Shown: piece by piece, positions 63,735 through 64,000 of the stretch
Position numbering within the stretch: position 1 is the first letter of the stretch
Layout of the letters: each line of letters opens with the position of its first letter
NCBI RefSeq assembly: GCF_006345805.1
Contig: NC_043016.1
Location: forward strand, 7,626,001 to 7,690,000
DNA length: 64,000 nt
Source: Octopus sinensis
Taxonomy: Eukaryota
Direction: 5' to 3'
Notes under the pieces: model-generated
What the model saw: only the letters and a program-made list of their open reading frames with translations
Told to the model about the DNA's origin: nothing
Database searches by the model: none
Program-made: the position numbers and the translations under genes

Positions 63735-64000
63735 ATCTGGTTGTGTGGTAAGAAGCTTGCTTCCCAATCACATGGTCCAGGCTTCAGTCTCACTGCGTGG
63801 CACCTCGGGTAAGTGTCTGCTACTATAGCCTAGGACCGACCATTGCCTTGTGAGTGGATTTGGCAGACGGAAACTGAAAGAAGCCCGTCGTATATATATA
63901 TTATATATATATATGTATATATTTATGTGTGTTTCTGTTTGTCCCCTCTCCATCGCTTATATGTATATATTTATGTGTGTTTCTGTTTGTCCTCTCCATC
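63735..64000 (+). mobile_element. SINE family A, 5' half (runs off the window)
   Basis: GGTTGTGTGGTAAG..GGCTTCAGTCTCACTGCGTGGCACC..GAAAGAAGCCCGTCG. Confidence 0.8.

Overview
AT-rich, repeat-saturated animal genomic DNA. It is almost certainly a coleoid cephalopod (Octopus-like), inferred from the SINE/RTE repeat families and the very high microsatellite load. No complete host gene is visible; there is one candidate 130-nt coding exon on the minus strand (11339-11468). Nearly all ORFs in the supplied track are microsatellite or antisense artefacts. Recognisable content: three to four tRNA-derived SINE families in many copies; RTE LINE fragments with (GAT)n tails; several R4/Dong-like RLE LINE 3' ends next to (AAT)n tracts; a Tx1/L1 RT fragment; a near full-length CR1-type LINE (PHD-like ORF1, APE, RT) broken mainly by frameshifts; a Tc1 with intact TIRs; Tigger, mariner, maT and hAT remnants; a non-autonomous Helitron; and a Penelope-like GIY-YIG remnant. 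The most striking signal is a set of hammerhead-ribozyme (HHR) motifs in small Penelope/retrozyme-like elements, concentrated at 49-64 kb. These include a near-perfect 760-bp palindrome carrying a U3-A8 covariant HHR, a diverged sister element with the same ~355-nt unit and the same terminal TTAGTC-N9-GACTGCCATATTA hairpin, and a canonical HHR whose loop II can form a 9-bp pseudoknot with its 3' tail. All calls were made by eye without database searches. Boundaries of old elements are approximate.
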